A stretch of DNA of 64,000 nucleotides from Phoronis australis (taxonomy: Eukaryota; Animalia; Phoronida), in the NCBI GenBank assembly GCA_002633005.1, contig NMRA01000409.1, positions 311,831 to 375,830 of the forward strand, given 5' to 3'. Within the stretch, counting starts at the first letter, position 1, and every line of letters begins with the position of its first letter. The notes below the pieces were generated by a model. It did no database searches and was not told where the DNA came from. It saw only the letters and a program-made list of their open reading frames with translations. The position numbers were made by a program, and so were the translations under genes. This document shows positions 60,404 to 64,000 of the stretch, one piece after another.

Positions 60404-62599
60404 GATAAGCTTGATGTCGACAACTGTCCGCACACGGCCAAAGACGCTTGAAATCACGCGGCAAATTCCGTTTCGTTTTTTGTTTATTTTATTCTTTTTT
60501 CGTTGGTAACTATTGGGATGTTAGCCACAGTGTCCGTAGTTTACATTTTCCTCATATGACAATCATTTCGTTGAAAGTTACAAATTAATGTCTTTTGAAT
60601 TTAATAGGCAAATGGGCATTTTAGTTGGAAATTATTTAATGATACTGTCGTCTTTCAAATGCATCGCCGTGGGGCGGCTGTCGGCTCGTAATCCGGTGAC
60701 ATCACATATGACGTAAAAACGTGCAATCTGATTAGCAATGGTATTGAGACATAACACAGTGACTTTAGTTACTCGTAATACATGTAGCAGCCTCGTGGCG
60801 ACCCAAGCCTCAAAATGACGCCTATCGGTTTATCCACTACTGTGCGAAATATCCCTTATGCGCGCTGACTGGCCGTAGACGAAGTTCACTGCCAAGAGCG
60901 ATACAAGAAACCTTGAGACACTTAAATCTATAAATACTTAATACCAGTTCTTGATCATTATTGTCCTCACTCTTTTGCTTGGATAGATTTCAAGAACCTA
61001 AACTTAGATTTTAACTAATTGATATAAATTTACATCACTCGTCATACTCGGTCAAGTCAAAATCGAGCCGAGTAAATATTTCTCTTCACCAAGCCTCAAT
61101 GGGTAAACGGATCAGGGTCATCCCATTTTGAAGCTTGGGGACGAGGCTAAGACATGTAGTTGCACTGTGATGTTTACGAGGCGACGCCTGTCCCATTATG
61201 CATTTGAAGAATGACAACAGCGCCGTAGATGAAATCCTGATTATATCCTGAAAATCACCACCTTTAAGACGAGGAATGTTTGTCTACTCAGTATTAAGGG
61301 TTGCTCATAAAATTCGCCACACGTTTTTATAGCTTGAAATTTTCCTAATTCTTTGAATATATTACGTTATTATTTTATATTATTTCAATAGTCAGTCGAC
61401 TAGAAAATTCTAGATACAGTATATTAACTAGGGAAGAGACGCAACAAGTCTCGTTGTCTCCATCATTATACCTCGCTTACGCACCCACCAGTGCCCTGTA
61501 CGGTCTCGGCTTGAACGCAACTATACAAATGAACGTAAATGATTCGAGGTGCACACACTCAGGGGAAAATTGGCATTTTCCTTGACACTGAATTTTAAGA
61601 AGGGAATTTACGTTCGTTTAATTCTTGTGAGTTGTAAGAAACATTTTATAATTATTATAAGGTATGAAATTCACTGAATGTTTCAAACATTGCTTATGCA
61701 AATAAACTATATGCTGCTCAAGCAAAATACTTAAAGGTGAATCTGTTATTAATACATCGGAAAACCAGCTTGGAATGTTTTGGAACACTTTTAAAACACA
61801 AATCGTTTGGGGACATTTACCGAAAACGTCCGGGTGAATTATTATTTTGTCGATTTGATTCTATCCAAGATTGAGAAAGAGGTATGTTCTCAAACGCTGT
61901 CGAGTTACGACATTACGACACGCCATCGCTGGACTGAGGTGTGATGACCTGATGATGTCAGCTTTCATTTTCCGTCATCTGCAAAATGCCAAAGTTGAGC
62001 TGCGCTGTAATAAAACTAGATGGCCACTGTTTCAATACGCTCCCTGTACCTCCACTCATTTGGAAAGATTTTGTAGGAACATCGCATAGTGAGGTCGCCA
62101 GTTGTAACCGTGGTCCCAAGATCTTAATGGCTACTCTAAACTTTTACAAGTTCTATTGCTAACATGTTGATCTTTCTCAAGGTCATGTAGGACGGCCTAC
62201 TTCTGAACATCGTATCACAGAAATGACTGACCGGCATCATAGGAAACTTTCAGATATTATGCTTTACTCTGTTATGAATTGTTTTTATCATATATTCTAC
62301 TTTTGCATGAAGGACTATCAAACAGTTACTGCATAGGTATCATTTTATTGAAAAATTTGAGGTTGTTACAATCAGATTTATGAGAGATGCATCACAAAGT
62401 TTCAATTCATACAGAACACCTACACTTCAGAGAAACAGGATCAAGTTAGCTAAAACCGAGCATGCCAGCTTTGAAAACATGTAAGTCAGGTCTGTCAATT
62501 CTAACCACCAACTACTGCTGCTGTATTCCACAATACCAATAGCCACTTTCCAACAACGAGCTGATTAAACAAGAGCAACCAGGAGCCTTGAAATGCGCC

Positions 62600-64000
62600 C
62601 ACGAATGCATCGCAAACGGTGTGCTTTTAGGGTTATTTATTTGTACCATAATAATGGCCACAAGATGGCGCAAAAACATATAATACGTCCAAAAACGGGA
62701 ACATGACATACTTCATAAAAACCTGTCAAGGAACCCCAGAGAACCAAAGGAAAATACAACAAAATGAAATTGCCACTTGTAGGCACAGCCGTTCAATCCG
62801 CCTGAAAGTCGTGGTCTGTTATCTTCATATAAATTCACTTACTAAGTTTAATAAAGATCCTACAGTGGGTTTTGGAGATACAGCTATGGGCACAAAACAA
62901 AACAAAACTACCACAAGGAGGCGCCACAGTAGTCAGTCGCCATCGCCAAACGTCCCCTTCACACTGAAAGCATATACGCCAATTTTCAAAACCATCCCTA
63001 GAATGATTTGGTTGATCGAGGGGTGGACGCCAAAAACAAGATTTGAAAACAGCAAAAATGACCACCAGGTGGCGCAAAATACCTCGATTCCATCCAAAAA
63101 CAGGATGAAAGCCTAGTCTCACCAATAGATGCCTAACTATATTCAAAATTTTATGAAAATCTGTTAAGGACCTTTGAAGATACAGACTGGCAAACGTAAA
63201 AAAAAACTAAAATTGCCAATAAGGAGCACACCACTAGTCAGAATCCGTCCGAAAGTCGTCGCTGCCCGTTGTCAACTTCATATAAATACACTTGTTAAAC
63301 TAAGTAAAGATGCTGCAAACGGTTTAGGAGATACAGCCATGAGCGCAAAAAAAAAACAAAACAGCCTCTAGGAAGTGCCACAGTAGTCGAATTCATTGGA
63401 AAATCGTCGTCAGCCATCCACTTCATAGTAAAAACATACATGCCAATTTTCACAATTATCCTGAAAACGGTTTGGTTAATAGATGAGTGGACGCCAAAAA
63501 ACAGACTCGAAAACAGCAAAAATGGCCACTAGGTGGCGCAAAGTAGGTCGAATCCATCTGAAAACGGGAGAGATAGCGTCACCTTACTAACAGATGTCGG
63601 TATGCCAAATTTTATTGAAAATACGTCGAGGACCCTTGAACATACAGAATGAGGTTATCATAAAAAAAATAAAATTGCCACTACGTGGCACACCAGTAGT
63701 CAGATCTGTCTGAAAGTCGTCGTCCTTCATTGTTAACATCATATAAATACACTTACTAAATTTAGTAAAGATCCTGCGAACAGTTTAGGAGATACAGCCA
63801 TTGGCGCAAAAAAAACTGCCACTAGGAGGCGCCACAGTAGTCAAAGTCGTCGGATAATCATCGTCGGCCGTTCACTTCAAAGTAAGAACATACATGCCAA
63901 TTTTCACAATCACCCTTTGAGCGGTTTGGTTGATAGAGGGGCGGATGCAAAAAAACAGACTCGAAAACAGTAAAAATGGCCACTAGGTGGCGCGAACTAC
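62600..64000 (+). repeat. Complex satellite, unit about 455 bp, at least 3 copies, running off the window
   Basis: catataaat.cactt..taa recurs at about 62826, 63279 and 63740; ggagatacagc and gccactaggtggcgc-like motifs recur. Confidence 0.85.

Overview
This is AT-rich animal genomic DNA with spliceosomal introns, probably from a marine invertebrate; the species cannot be determined from the sequence. Three protein-coding genes lie on the + strand. The first is the 3' six exons of an ANKH (progressive ankylosis) transporter paralog (1059-6429). The second is a complete ANKH paralog (13 coding exons, 19524-39598, about 513 aa) produced by a tandem duplication whose junction lies near 9730. The third is a signal-peptide- and GPI-anchor-bearing alpha-carbonic anhydrase (45769-60403). 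Together they form a candidate mineralisation/pH-control cluster. A decayed Academ (XPG-type) DNA transposon with 16-bp TIRs and a TCA target duplication sits in the first intron of ANKH-2 and appears twice around an 862-N gap, probably as two haplotypes. The rest is a dense repeat landscape: Harbinger-type MITEs, tRNA-derived SINEs, LINE RT fragments (one with a 2A-like peptide), fold-back elements, minimal hammerhead-like motifs, polymorphic TA-to-TACATGTA insertions and a CTCF-motif-rich satellite at the 3' end. All exon structures were read by eye from homology and splice signals, not from transcripts.
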